A DNA stretch of 64,000 bases from Pocillopora damicornis (lineage: Eukaryota). The stretch is taken from assembly GCF_003704095.1 (NCBI RefSeq), contig NW_020843606.1, positions 186,001 through 250,000 of the forward strand. Direction: 5' to 3'. Below the pieces are notes generated by a model, which did no database searches, was not told the DNA's origin, and saw nothing but the letters and a program-made list of their open reading frames with translations. This document shows positions 12,873 to 24,870 of this stretch, piece by piece; the first letter of the stretch is position 1; every line of letters starts with the position of its first letter. Made by a program: the position numbers and the translations under genes.

Positions 12873-13365
12873 ATGGCCTCATGCTTAGTCTATATTGGTA
12901 GATTCCTTTTCTTCGTCTTAGCAGGCCTCCAGGCCCACTCGTTGGCTTTGTATCTTGCAAAATACAAACAAAAAGATGGTTTCTATGGATTGGTCGCCCT
13001 GTACGCTTCTGCAATTGTTCTAAGGCTTTACATCGTGTTCGACTACAAGAAATTACAATTGTTATTAGCTGTTTGGACGTGCTATATCGTTGGTTACGTA
13101 ATCTTCGTTGAGATCATATTTGGAGGTGACAACCGATTAAAGATAACCTTGACAAAGCTAAATTCTTCGGTCCAAACATTCTAAAGACGACACTTTGCCG
13201 TGCCCTGGTGATTATTTCGTTGCTTTCAAGTACGGGAAGGGATTGCATCGTCTACCGAGACCTGATCTGGCAGTTGCCTCTCCGAATGACGTTGGATCTC
13301 TTCGATGGAGTGGAAAAGCTGGTCATTATCGAAGAGAACAAATAGAGCCATGGCGATTAGTAAGC
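12873..13365 (+). pseudogene. TMEM121-like subfamily B pseudogene
   Basis: MASCLVYIGRFLFF... with a frameshift near 13130 and a deletion of the C-terminal third. Confidence 0.8.
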
Positions 13366-15276
13366 TAGATTTTGAGTTATCAGTATGGTGCCTGTGATCG
13401 GGATAATTTAATTTAATTGATGTTCGTCTTTTAATGGAAGAGGAAGTGTTACCTAAGTTTTCTTTTGTTTTTTTATAGTAGTTTTCTACATATGTACTCA
13501 TCCATTAGAGTGAATCTGCATAACCCGTTCGTTATAAGCTAATGCTGAGTTTGTCACTAGATGCTAAGGAAAGGAACAGTTATGAGCGGTTGTGAACATC
13601 TAATCAAATACATATTCATCGCTAAATTTGCCCGTGAAAATTCCCAATCAACCAATGCTGCAATAGCTAATGATTTTCGTCTGGTGGTGCATGGTGACTG
13701 TAAACTCACCAAATCAGAAGAAGGCGAGTATATTCAAAAGCTCCACACGAATGTAAGCACCTTCGTGACCTCTCCGCTCCACAGAATTTTCTTGACATTA
13801 TTACATGTGTTATTAGGTCTGAAATCATATGCGCATATGAGTGATTTCAAAATCAAAGAAGTGTGCGGCACGAGGCACGAGTTTAGACACCACTTTATTA
13901 CGTCCATTTTGAAATGGCAAAATTTAGGCCTTCAGATACAGGACATTTTAGTCTGTAAAAATGCTTTTTTGATCCAGCAGTGAGCTGGTCTTCAAAAGGC
14001 TGCAAAAGCCGTTTTTCAATTTCATTGGGTGGGAGAAAGATGCAATTTAGAGAAAAAAAGGTGCTTTTTGTAAATAAATCGCACCGATAAGAGCCAATCA
14101 GATTACAAGGATCACCAGTGATTTCAAAATCGATGTAATAAAACTAGTGTCGTGTCTTTTCCCCCATTTTTGAAACATGTAAAGGTATGGTGATCCTTTT
14201 TTTATGGTTTCTGTGCCTCCCGCAGGACCAGAAGGCCCATTCGAAAAATAAAGCCGCCTGTTCTTTTCCTCGAAATTGCATAGATGTTTCTGTGTGGTAG
14301 CACAAAAGTTGATCATGGATGTCCGATCAATTTGGTGACGATTACAATAAAAGATTGAGGAACGTCGACTTAAGTTTGTATCTGGTTTCATAATTACTTT
14401 GGGTGGCAACACGAGGGATAATTTCCTAATTACTCCACAACTAAAATTAATTAATAAGTAATTAATTAATTTAATTAAGTAAACATATCGATTGTGAGGT
14501 GGGGGCAGAAGAAGAATGGCACCTAGACTAGGAACTTTTTAAAGCAATTTAAAGAATAGACGGGGTGGCTCGAGGAAGGTGAGAGGTACAACTCACAAAG
14601 GGAATTTGGGAAATGAAACGAAACACTAAGGGACGAAATCGAAGAACAAGCCAAGTCATATATCGTGCATTTTTTACCGAAAATCGTGACTATCGCCTGA
14701 TGATTTTTTCTATTGTTATCTAAGCCACAGTTTACTGTTAGTAGCTGCTTTATTTTGCATGTCTTGCTGTAAGCTGGGTGCCTTTTAGTCCGTTACCTGA
14801 TCCCTGCCTTTCTTTGTCAACTAACAATGTTGGTTGAGTAGTGGTAATGTTAAATACGAAAGTAGAAGAAATAACTGTCTGTATTGGCGGGCAAACTCAT
14901 TTCTGCTTTATTTTGAGAAACATGCAGTTGTATCGATCTAAGTTTGAAATACGTGTTTAGGAGCAAAGATACATCGATGCATAATATGCATGTAAACGAC
15001 CTCATTAGTTAGTAATTTTGTTACCCGTGTTTGCCGAGACAGAAAAGGTAGCATCTTGGATAATTGGGTGCATAAAGTCAGGAGGCTTTCCAGGAAAACT
15101 TGAGATCTGTTAGTCTTTGATAATTTTTTTTCCTGAGAAATAGAAGAAATTTGTTCCAATGACGCATCTTTAGATTGATTATCAATTTAAAGTCCTCATT
15201 ACGGGGTGAAAGGAGTTTTTCAGTGTCTGAGCAGTCCTCTTAAGTCTACCACAACAAGAGCAATTTGAGTCTTGAA

Positions 15277-15865
15277 ATGTCTCAATCGTTGTTGGCTTGC
15301 CTCCTTCGCTTCGTATCCAACACGCTACGAAAATCAAAATAACTGGTATACTTTTCTTCTCTCTACATCCCATCCTTGACTCTCTGGTTTATCGTTGTGC
15401 CCGGATCTCTTGAAGATGACACTTTGCCTAATTCCGCTCCTTTTGTTGCTGTGGCTTAACACATTTGAAACGAAAAGTGAAGACAGAGAGCTCTTATTAA
15501 AGCTGGTCTTCCAAATAACATTAGATCTTTTCGACGGAACTGAAATGCTGCAAGTTATTCCGGAGGTAAATGACCTTGGCATTCCCAAGCGCTTTGAGGA
15601 AGCTATCATTACCTTCGTTTGTATAAGTTTTATGTTTCGCATTTTCAATTAGTTGAGAACAAGATTTCGGACAAGTCTATTAACAAATAATCAGCCATCA
15701 TCGGTATCACCTTTCAGTTTTTACTAACTAATTTTGTGTTTTTAGGCCTTCGATTGGCTCTGTGCTTTAAGTTCAAGAGAGATACGCCAATTTTCATGGC
15801 CAAAAATGGCATTTTGATCATTCATTGGATTTTGGAGATTTTTCAGTGTTGTAACGAAGAGCTAA
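15277..15865 (+). pseudogene. TMEM121-like subfamily C pseudogene
   Basis: Inverted paralog of 29901-30659 including its upstream region. Internal deletions and frameshifts; ITLDLFDGTEM is retained. Confidence 0.8.
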
Positions 15866-16311
15866 GAAGTTAGGGAGTCTTGGAGCCTGGAGAGACTGAA
15901 CTGTTCAATCAAACGCGAGATCACACATTCGACAACTTTAAGTTCCTTTGCACAGTTATGTATTTTTCTAGTTTGTTTAGCATTTCACCGTTTGATTTCC
16001 AGCTCCAAGAAATGTCGTAACAAAACAAGTGAAAAAAATACCATATTTTTTTTCACGTGTATTTAATATCCTCAATCAGCTGCTGACACGTCACTGGCCT
16101 TTTGCACCACTCGGTCAGGTCAGATGAATGAACGGCAAAGCCTTCGCCATTTTCAATCCAAGGTAGTTTGTGGGAATTTCCTCGGATCATGGCGGCTAAC
16201 ACTGAAATATCNNNNNNNNNNNNNNNNNNNNNNNNNNNNNNNNNNNNNNNNNNNNNNNNNNNNNNNNNNNNNNNNNNNNNNNNNNNNNNNNNNNNNNNNN
16301 NNNNNNNNNNN

Positions 16312-16429
16312 GAGACCAAGGAGACCAAGGAGACCAAGGAGACCAAGGAGACCAAGGAGATCAAGGAGACCAAGGAGACTAAGGAGACTAGGGAGACCAA
16401 GGAGACCAAGGAGACCAAGGAGACCAAGG
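16312..16429 (+). repeat. 9-bp minisatellite (GAGACCAAG)n bounded by gaps
   Basis: About 13 visible units. Confidence 0.95.
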
Positions 16430-17417
16430 NNNNNNNNNNNNNNNNNNNNNNNNNNNNNNNNNNNNNNNNNNNNNNNNNNNNNNNNNNNNNNNNNNNNNNN
16501 NNNNNNNNNNNNNNNNNNNNNNNNNNNNNNNNNNNNNNNNNNNNNNNNNNNNNNNNNNNNNNNNNNNNNNNNNNNNNNNNNNNNNNNNNNNNNNNNNNNN
16601 NNNNNNNNNNNNNNNNNNNNNNNNNNNNNNNNNNNNNNNNNNNNNNNNNNNNNNNNNNNNNNNNNNNNNNNNNNNNNNNNNNNNNNNNNNNNNNNNNNNN
16701 NNNNNNNNNNNNNNNNNNNNNNNNNNNNNNNNNNNNNNNNNNNNNNNNNNNNNNNNNNNNNNNNNNNNNNNNNNNNNNNNNNNNNNNNNNNNNNNNNNNN
16801 NNNNNNNNNNNNNNNNNNNNNNNNNNNNNNNNNNNNNNNNNNNNNNNNNNNNNNNNNNNNNNNNNNNNNNNNNNNNNNNNNNNNNNNNNNNNNNNNNNNN
16901 NNNNNNNNNNNNNNNNNNNNNNNNNNNNNNNNNNNNNNNNNNNNNNNNNNNNNNNNNNNNNNNNNNNNNNNNNNNNNNNNNNNNNNNNNNNNAATTTGTT
17001 CACCGATAGCACCTTTTATCTCTAAATCGCATCTATTTCTCAGCCAACGAGGAAGCTTTATTTTAATAAATAGTTAGGGATAGTTATCAGATTCGGATGA
17101 CCCAGACCAAAACAAAACAGTAACCAATCGCTGCTCAGATTCACGTTCATGTGACATCTTACTGAGGCAACAATAATACATTCATCTTGGCGTCCGAAGG
17201 CCGAACCACACTGAGTGTACTAAACCGAGCGTTTTCCGTCTGAAAATTGTGATTGTAGCCAAAATTGTACAAATGGAAAGGTACAATTTCAGACCCATAT
17301 TAGAATTGAAAAATATAATAGCTTCTTCTTCTTTTTTCTATCGTGTATTGAAATGAGAGGGTTGCTTTGAATGAAAGCTCCTCGAGACAAGTAAGAAGTT
17401 GGAAAATCTATACTGCT

Positions 17418-18855
17418 ATGGCCGCATCCACTCCCTCCTCTTCCATTTCTGATTTTGTCAGTGAAAGGCTTCTCTCCTCCTCTCCGCGATGTTCCTTGCC
17501 GCGATGGAATGCCAAGCCTTAAGATGGATTATGAAAGCGCTAATTGAAACCTAATCTGGACCAGGAATACGCAAGTCAAGAGGAAATATACAAACAGAAT
17601 GGTGAACCAGCTATTGAGTCTATTACAGCAGAGTGAAGAAACATATGTCTCCAACAAGAAACAATAATACTCAAATTCAAGGAGTTCATCAAGGAACACC
17701 AACAGAGAATGAAAACTTCCTAAAGGTACAAATTGTCTTAGCCCTAATGCAAGAAAATTTGCAGAGTAAAGACTTCGAAGTCCAAGCTGGTGCAGAAGCA
17801 GATCTACTAATTTGTCCCAAGACAAGCGAAGGAGGGATCAGAAACACTCAGCACACAGATCCTGTTGAAATACTCATGGACCCTGCTGATCAGGTGAAGA
17901 GTTTGGAGAGGAGTGATAAACAAGATGGACGTTTCCAGGAAAAGTTTTTTCAGCGAAAGTACTTGGTACTTATAGAATGGAAGTAAAGATAAATGGACAG
18001 AAACTTGTCAGGAGTCCGTTCTCATTTCTAGTAAAAGTACGAGAGTTAAATATTACAGGCAAGTTGGACTTTCCGGGAGAAATGTCCCCGAGTTCAGCTG
18101 GCATTGCAGTGAACAGTAAAGGTGTTATTGCCGTGGCTGATTTGGATGGTCTCTATATCCTGGTTTTTGATGACACAGGAATGTTTGTGCGACTTGGTTG
18201 TCCTGGACACATAGATGTAAGTTTGAAGAACTAGCTATAGTGACGTCACATTCCTCAACGATGACGAGATTCTGGTGGTAGATGAATGTAATCACCGAAT
18301 AACAGCAGTGGAACGTACAGACAGGGAACTTTGTGAAAAGCTTTGGAAAGCAGGGAAGTGGAGATGGAGAGTTTAAGATACCTACAAGTGTTTTTATCTC
18401 AAGTGATGGACGTTTTATCGTTGTAGCGGAGTATGAGAACAGCAGAATTCAGGTGTTTACGGTGGATGGTGAACCTGTGTTTAAGACAGCGGCCCAGAAG
18501 GTTGGATCATCCGCTCGTTTGCATTTGTTACGCGGACAAATTAATTGTAACTGACCTCGAAAATAACTGTGTGAAAGTGATTGACGAGAGAGGAGGACAG
18601 TTTTTGTAGAAGTTTGGAGAAAAAGGAAACGTTAATGGACAGATGCATCAGCCGTATGGCTTATGTGTTGAAAAACATGACAACGTTTTCTTATGTGAGG
18701 GTGATCACATTCAACAGTTTACATTGGAAGGAACTTTTACTGGAAAGAAAAGTACTAATATTCAATTTGGATGGCTCTGGAGTATTACAACAATGCTTAA
18801 TGATCGGATTTTGGTCATAGACTTCAAAGGGAAAGAAGTTTACATTCTGAAATGA
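17418..18855 (+). pseudogene. TRIM2/3/71-like (coiled-coil, filamin, NHL repeat) pseudogene, intronless
   Basis: Filamin end EVKINGQKLVRSPF. NHL repeats GIAVNSKGVIAVAD, FGKQGSGDGEFKIP..IVVAEYENSRIQVF and QPYGLCV are spread over different frames with stops. Confidence 0.75.
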
Positions 18856-19084
18856 ATGCCCATTTTTGAAAGTGACATTCAGTTCTTTGTAAACAAACCT
18901 TTTGCAAATATCTTTAAGTTTTATTATTTTATTAATTTACGGAAACTTGTGACATGGCATGTGTCGCAAGAGAATGCGAAAGAAAATGGCTAGAATCAGC
19001 AATTTGCATTCTAATTTTTTCGGGAGAGTTCAAAGAGTTATTGATTCATCACTTAGGTAATGTGATTGTTTATGTTGTAAATTA

Positions 19085-19420
19085 ATTATAGTAATAGGAC
19101 CGAGTAGAGTCCAACACGGTCTGTAATCATACGAGTGATTGACAAAGTTGGACGACAGCGCAAAGAGAGAGTCCGATTTGTCTATAACGGGTTTGAGAAA
19201 GCAATTAGACATCGGTTAAACGTTTTCATCAAAATACGAACCGTCAAATCGTCGAAATGCACAACAACAGCGAGTGCTCATGACACGCACTGTCCACTTA
19301 CACAGACACGACGTGTTAACTGTTCTATTCAACTGTCCAATTAAAAGCATGATGCATACACTGTCCTATTGGTGCTCAAATCTATCACGTTCAATAATTT
19401 TGTTGTAGTTCTGATTAACC
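19085..19420. mobile_element. Non-autonomous interspersed repeat (unclassified)
   Basis: Discrete non-coding block (TAATAGGACCGAG...GTAATCATACGAGTGAT...TTCTGATTAA) resembling an abundant cnidarian repeat. Recognised from memory, not searched. Confidence 0.4.
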
Positions 19421-19739
19421 ACAAAATCGATTTCAGATGAGATCAAGCATTTTAACCGTGTAAAGACCTACATGTACAGGGGTGTTGTGAGGGCAAAAAA
19501 AGACATTTGTGCAAAAAAACTGTACAATGGCACTGATTAGTGTAAATTGTTATGCGTGGATACGTATTCAGTAAGGATAGATCTAGACTAAACGGAACAT
19601 AATTTGCCTGCTAGTGGATACAATTTTATAGTATCTCTCACTCGTGAGAGATATTGTCGACACTCAAGGATAGATTCGTATTAACCCGCGGCCAAGTAAT
19701 ACCTTCTCAGTGTTGTCAAAAAGATAACTAACCAGACTG

Positions 19740-20085
19740 GTCTGAAAGTGGTTCTTTGCATTACGCCTTTGTTTTTTCGGTTTTAGTGAATCGCATACAG
19801 CCAGAAATCTAGACGAATCTCAAGAGTACCAGCAGTTGTCCGTTCAGTTATCTATCGATCTTTTCGGTGGAGTTGTTATCTTGAGCATTGTAACCGACGG
19901 CAAGGAAAATAGTCTCGGAATTTCGAAAGAGTTTGGGACAGGATTGATCGTCATGGCTTCCTTGAGTTTTCTGTTGACCCTGTTACAAAATGGTGGAAAC
20001 AACCTCGGCAACATTGATAGATGCGTTTCGCGTAGTGAAAAAGCGGTTATTGCGCCTTATACACAATCAAAACAGAGTATTGTAT
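19740..20085 (+). pseudogene. TMEM121-like subfamily F fragment
   Basis: LKVVLCITP...SIDLFGGVVIL...GISKEFG...SFLLTLLQ, disrupted. Confidence 0.7.
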
Positions 20086-20532
20086 AAATTGTGCTGACGA
20101 GGCAAAAAGGTTTCATTCATCGCTTTACGGCCTGTTTGTGACACCACAACATTTGTGTTTGTGAGAAGATTTCTCTTTGCGAAATATAATTTATTTTGCC
20201 GCTCTAAACAGTGTACTTTATGTTTTTGGAAGTGTAAAGAGTTGGTATTTTTAAACTCTACAGCCTTGTTCTAACAGGTGATGAACACAATTATGCAGAA
20301 AAGCTTTCATGGTCTGTTGACCTTAACAGTTTATAATCCTAACTGTCAGACCAAATTGACCATATTATGCAAGCTGAACGTCATTCATCAAGCAAAGAAA
20401 CTCCCCATAATTTCCAACATTTGAGAGGAGATAACACTTCCTGCTCCATTTGAAAAGCAAGCGTCACTTAAATTCTTTACAACGATATTATCCAGGTCAT
20501 AGGCACTCTACTTTGATTACTCAAAATCTCGC

Positions 20533-21332
20533 TTAGTAATCGTCAGAACTAGAACACTCGCAGATTGATCATATCTCAAAGAGATCAAGGCAAATGACAA
20601 TAGCATTTTTGGCAATAAAAATGGATACATCTTTCTCGTAGCCCCGCCGTAGATACATACGAAGCCCTAAAAACACGCAATTAACACAGATTATTTGTAA
20701 GGTTGTGCGCAAACCAGCTGTACATCTGCGAATTTTCCACCGTTCGGAACCTCTTATTTTTATTTCGACTAGTTGTAATGGAGACAGCAGAAAGCTGATA
20801 CAGACGAATGCAAGCACTGCTTTTTCAAAGCCTTTAGGAACGCCATGGCTGAATTAATTCTCTTCAATAATGACATCCAGCATTTCCACTCCATCGGAAA
20901 GATTCAACGCCATTCGGATGGAAAACTGACCGATCAGGTCTCGGTAGACGATGGAATTCGTTCCCGTACTTAAAAGCAACAACAGAATCAATGGGGCAAG
21001 GCAAAGTGTCGTCTTTAGAATGTTTGGACCAAAGAATTTTACTTTGTCGAGGTTATCTTCAATCGGTTCGTCACCTCTAAATATGATCACGACGAAGATT
21101 ACGAACCCAACGATATAGCACGTCCAGACAGCAAATATAATAACCACTGTAATTTCTTGTCGTCGCACATGATGTAAAGCCATAAACCAACTGTAGGTAT
21201 GAACAGGACAACCAATTCATAGAAACTATCTTTGTGTTTGTATTGTGCAGGATACGAAGCCAGCGAGGAGGCCTGGAGGCCTACTAAGACGAAGGAAAGG
21301 AGTCTGCCAACGGAGACTAAGCATGAGGCCAT
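20533..21332 (-). pseudogene. TMEM121-like subfamily B, full-length pseudogene
   Basis: Three ORF pieces (21099-21332, 20854-21183, 20569-20817) join into a full protein with one frameshift and two stops. DLFD has degraded to NLSD. Confidence 0.85.
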
Positions 21333-21777
21333 CTCTACGATAAGTGTTTCTTCAAGAAGGTCCAATAACAAAGTTGATGCTATAATAATTGCATGGAAAT
21401 GTACTTTGCGTCTAATTGAAGAACGTTTCCTAGGAAGAGCAATACAATGAAATAATCTTTTCCGAGAAAAGCGGATGTGAACAAATACGAAGAAAAAGCC
21501 AGAAGCGCTGATAGAAGAAGCTACATAGGAATGTCAAGTTTCTAGCAATGACCAAATTACGTATGCAATCAGTCTGTGCAAGTGAGCTTCTGGAAAAAGA
21601 TCACATGAAGCTATTGCAGTATTGGTTAGTGCAAAAATAGAAGTTACCTATTACGGGAAGATTTCCATCTCACGTGGTTTTGACATGTGACTTCCAAATT
21701 TAAAACGATGACACTGCAGATTTTCAACTATATAGCCTTCGACGAGAACAGCACCGTTTTAAAGAGAAAAGCAAAGC

Positions 21778-22548
21778 ATGGATTGTGGATTGGTTTTGGT
21801 CGGTCGTTTTCTTGCCGTTCTTCTTCTGTGCGTCCAATGTGGGTTCCTGACAGCTTTTCCTGTCTGTTACAGGGATGATAAACGTCTAGTATCCTTGCTA
21901 CTTTTGTCTTTTCCTGCCCTGATTTACTATGGGATTTGTCTGGCTACTGGTGGAGAACTCCGTAAAGTTTTCCGCACTTGGGGTCTCTACATTATTTTCG
22001 GTTTGATCCCTTACATCGCAATCATTTTTGCGTTGTGCGGAGACGTACTCAACAAGGACAGTTTTCTCAGCCCGACCTGTTTGAAAGTGATCCTGTGCAT
22101 CACGCCTGCTGCCTTTCTCATTCTGGTGAATACAGCGAGCGATTTGGGCAAATACGAAGACTACAAAGCCCTGGCCTTGAAGCTGTCAGTCGTAATAACA
22201 ATAGATCTTGTCGATAGCGTCGAGATGTTGGATATTGTGCTCGATGAAAGGGAGAACAGTGACGGAATCCCAAAAGAGTTTGGATATGCAATGATAGCAG
22301 CGGTGTGCTTGAGCTTTCTGTTGACTTTGCTGCAAATTGCACACATAGGAACCGTCTCTCTTCGCAAAGAAGTGGCGATTCTCGCATATGTTTTGCAGAT
22401 ATTTTTCGTGAATTTGCCTTTCATGGCAATGCGCGTGGTTGTAGTTAAAAACAACAAAAAAGACGATAATGAGTCCATCTTCATCACAAAGAATCTGATC
22501 TCCATCTTTCTCTCCGCGATGCAGATCTATTGGATCTGGAAGAGCTAA
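21778..22548 (+). CDS. TMEM121/CECR6-like protein, subfamily E (256 aa, intronless)
   Basis: Intact ORF with LCITP, IDLVDSVEM, VNLPFMAMR and IFITKN. TATA-like CTATATAG about 50 bp upstream. Confidence 0.8.
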   Translation: MDCGLVLVGRFLAVLLLCVQCGFLTAFPVCYRDDKRLVSLLLLSFPALIYYGICLATGGELRKVFRTWGLYIIFGLIPYIAIIFALCGDVLNKDSFLSPTCLKVILCITPAAFLILVNTASDLGKYEDYKALALKLSVVITIDLVDSVEMLDIVLDERENSDGIPKEFGYAMIAAVCLSFLLTLLQIAHIGTVSLRKEVAILAYVLQIFFVNLPFMAMRVVVVKNNKKDDNESIFITKNLISIFLSAMQIYWIWKS

Positions 22549-23118
22549 TTTGAGACTTCTTTTTGTAAAGTATTATTTATTTTGCCGCTCTATTTGTACT
22601 TTTAGAAGTTCTTAAAACGAATAAAAACAGTTATGCAGTAAAGGCTTTAGTGTTGTTGTTAGACTCTCATCGGATCTGTCGATCAAAAAAGTTTCTATTC
22701 GATATGCAAGCTGAACGTCGTTCACTAAGCAAAGATACCCCCCAAAACTTCCGATATTTGACAGAAGTCGTTGAAAATTATTTTTATAATGTCGCACGTT
22801 TTGTTATCTTTCACCTAGATTCTTGTAGGTGATTTCTTTTCAGGGAATCCCTTGAAACTGACTATCAGCAAACAAATTCCTCAGAAAACTAAGCTTAGTG
22901 CGGCTTTAACAAATTTGTGCGAAATGTTATAGTGAGGGAAAATATTAGAAAATGAAGTTCAAAAGAATAAAAGAAAAAACTACAAATGAAATTTATATAA
23001 ATATTCTAAAAAGAACGANNNNNNNNNNNNNNNNNNNNNNNNNNNNNNNNNNNNNNNNNNNNNNNNNNNNNNNNNNNNNNNNNNNNNNNNNNNNNNNNNN
23101 NNNNNNNNNNNNNNNNNN

Positions 23119-23293
23119 ATTTTAACCGTAGACGATGAATCCAAGCAAAAACTGCTGGGCCAAAGGAAAAGGCCATGAAATACCAATTGGATTTGCCTTC
23201 ATGCTTAGCGAGATAGGCAGACAGAAAGATGCTCTGTGTAGTTATCAGAACGAAGAAAGCCAATCGTCCGAGCCTTGTTAAAAACGAAGCCAT
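23119..23293 (-). CDS. TMEM121-like subfamily D, N-terminal part running into a gap
   Basis: MASFLTRLGRLAFFVLITTQSIFLSAYL..., open up to the gap. Confidence 0.6.
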
Positions 23294-23719
23294 ATTTATA
23301 TGCCTGACAGCTGTCTGAAACTAGAAGAGGCAAATTGTGTTGATCACTGCAATCGCTTTAGATACCGTATATTTATAAGAAAAAAAAGCTTAGCAGCGAA
23401 TGAGGAAACGCCACATCTATCCTGATCAAAAAATGTAAATGTAAATTACCCGAGTATTCCAAAAGGTCAGATGCATACGTAATTTGGTCGCTGCTGGAGA
23501 CTTGATATTCCTATGTAGCTTCTTTAATCAGCGATTCTGGCTTTTTCTTTGTATTTGTTCACCTCTGCTTTTCTGGGATAAGATTACTTCATTGTATTGC
23601 ACTTTCTAGGAAACTTTCTTGAATTCGGCGTAAAGTCTACTTCGATGCAATTATTGTAGCATCAACTTTGTTATTGGACTTTCTTATATTTTTCTTATTT
23701 AAAAAATGATATTTTTCTC

Positions 23720-24053
23720 ATGGCCTCGTGCTTAGTCTACATTAGCAGGTTCCTTTTCTTCGTCTAAGTAAGCCTCCAGGCCTACTCGGTGGCTTCCGCA
23801 AAATACAAACACAAAGATAGTTTTTATGGATTGTTCGCCCGGTTCCGTTCTGCAATTGCTCTAAGGCTTTACATCATTTTCGACCACAAGAACTTACAGC
23901 GGTAATTTGGTGTTTGGACGTGTTACATCGTTGGTTTCGTAATTTTCGTTGTGATCATATTTGGAGGTGACGAACTGATTGAAGATAACTTTGGAAAGGC
24001 ATATCTTTGAGATGTGATCAATCTGCGAGTGTTGTGGTTGTGACGATTGCTAA
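23720..24053 (+). pseudogene. TMEM121-like subfamily B pseudogene with large internal deletion
   Basis: ATGGCCTCGTGCTTAGTC... with stops. It jumps from EDN to the C-terminal FEM*S segment near 23995. Confidence 0.8.
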
Positions 24054-24539
24054 GCTAGATTTTGAGTAATCAAAGTAGAGTGCCTATGATCTTGATAATA
24101 TCGTTGTAACGAATCTAGGTGACGTTTGCTCTTCAAATGCAACAGGAAATGTTAACTTCTCTCAAATGTTGGAAATTTTGGGGAGTTTCTTTGCTTGATG
24201 AACGGCGTTCAGCTTGCATAATATGATCAATTTGGTATGACAGTTAGGATTGTAAACTGTTTGGGTCAACAGACCATGAGAGTTTAACAACAACACCCGA
24301 AAGCTTTTCTGCATAATTGTTTCTATCAACTGTTAAAACAAAGCTGTAGAGTTTAAAAATACCAACTCTTTACACTTCCAAAAACATAAAATACACTGTT
24401 TAGAGCGGCAAAATAAATGATATTTCGCAAAGAGAAATCTTCTCACAAACGCAAATGTTGTGGTGTCACAAACAGACCATAAAGCAATGAATGAAATCTT
24501 CTTGCCTCTCAGAAAAATTTAAACAATACTTCTTTTTTG

Positions 24540-24870
24540 ATTGTGTTTAAGGCGCAATCACCACTTTTTCACTACGCGAAACGCATCCATCAATGTTGCC
24601 GAGGTTGCTTCCGCCATTTTGTAACAGGGTCAACAGAAAACTCAAGGAAGCCATGACGATCAATCCTGTCCCAAACTCTTTCGAAATTCAGAGACCATTT
24701 TCCTTGCCGTCGGTTACAATGCCCAAGATAACAACTTCACCGAAAAGATCGATAGATAACTAAACGGACAACCGCTGGTACTCTTGAGATTCGACCAGAT
24801 TTCTGGATGTGTGCGATTCACTAAAACCGAAAAAACAAAGGTGTAATGCAAAGAACCACTTTCAGACCAG
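24540..24870 (-). pseudogene. TMEM121-like subfamily F fragment (inverted copy of 19740-20085)
   Basis: Near-identical reverse complement of 19740-20085. Confidence 0.7.

Noticed and set aside
14440-14480. AT-rich palindromic TTAA run
   Set aside because: Simple low-complexity sequence.
16053-17077. Long ORFs (ETK/RPR/LVS repeats) and a possible collagen-like (GDQ)n frame
   Set aside because: These are artefacts of N gaps and a 9-bp minisatellite. The GDQ frame contains TAA and TAG.
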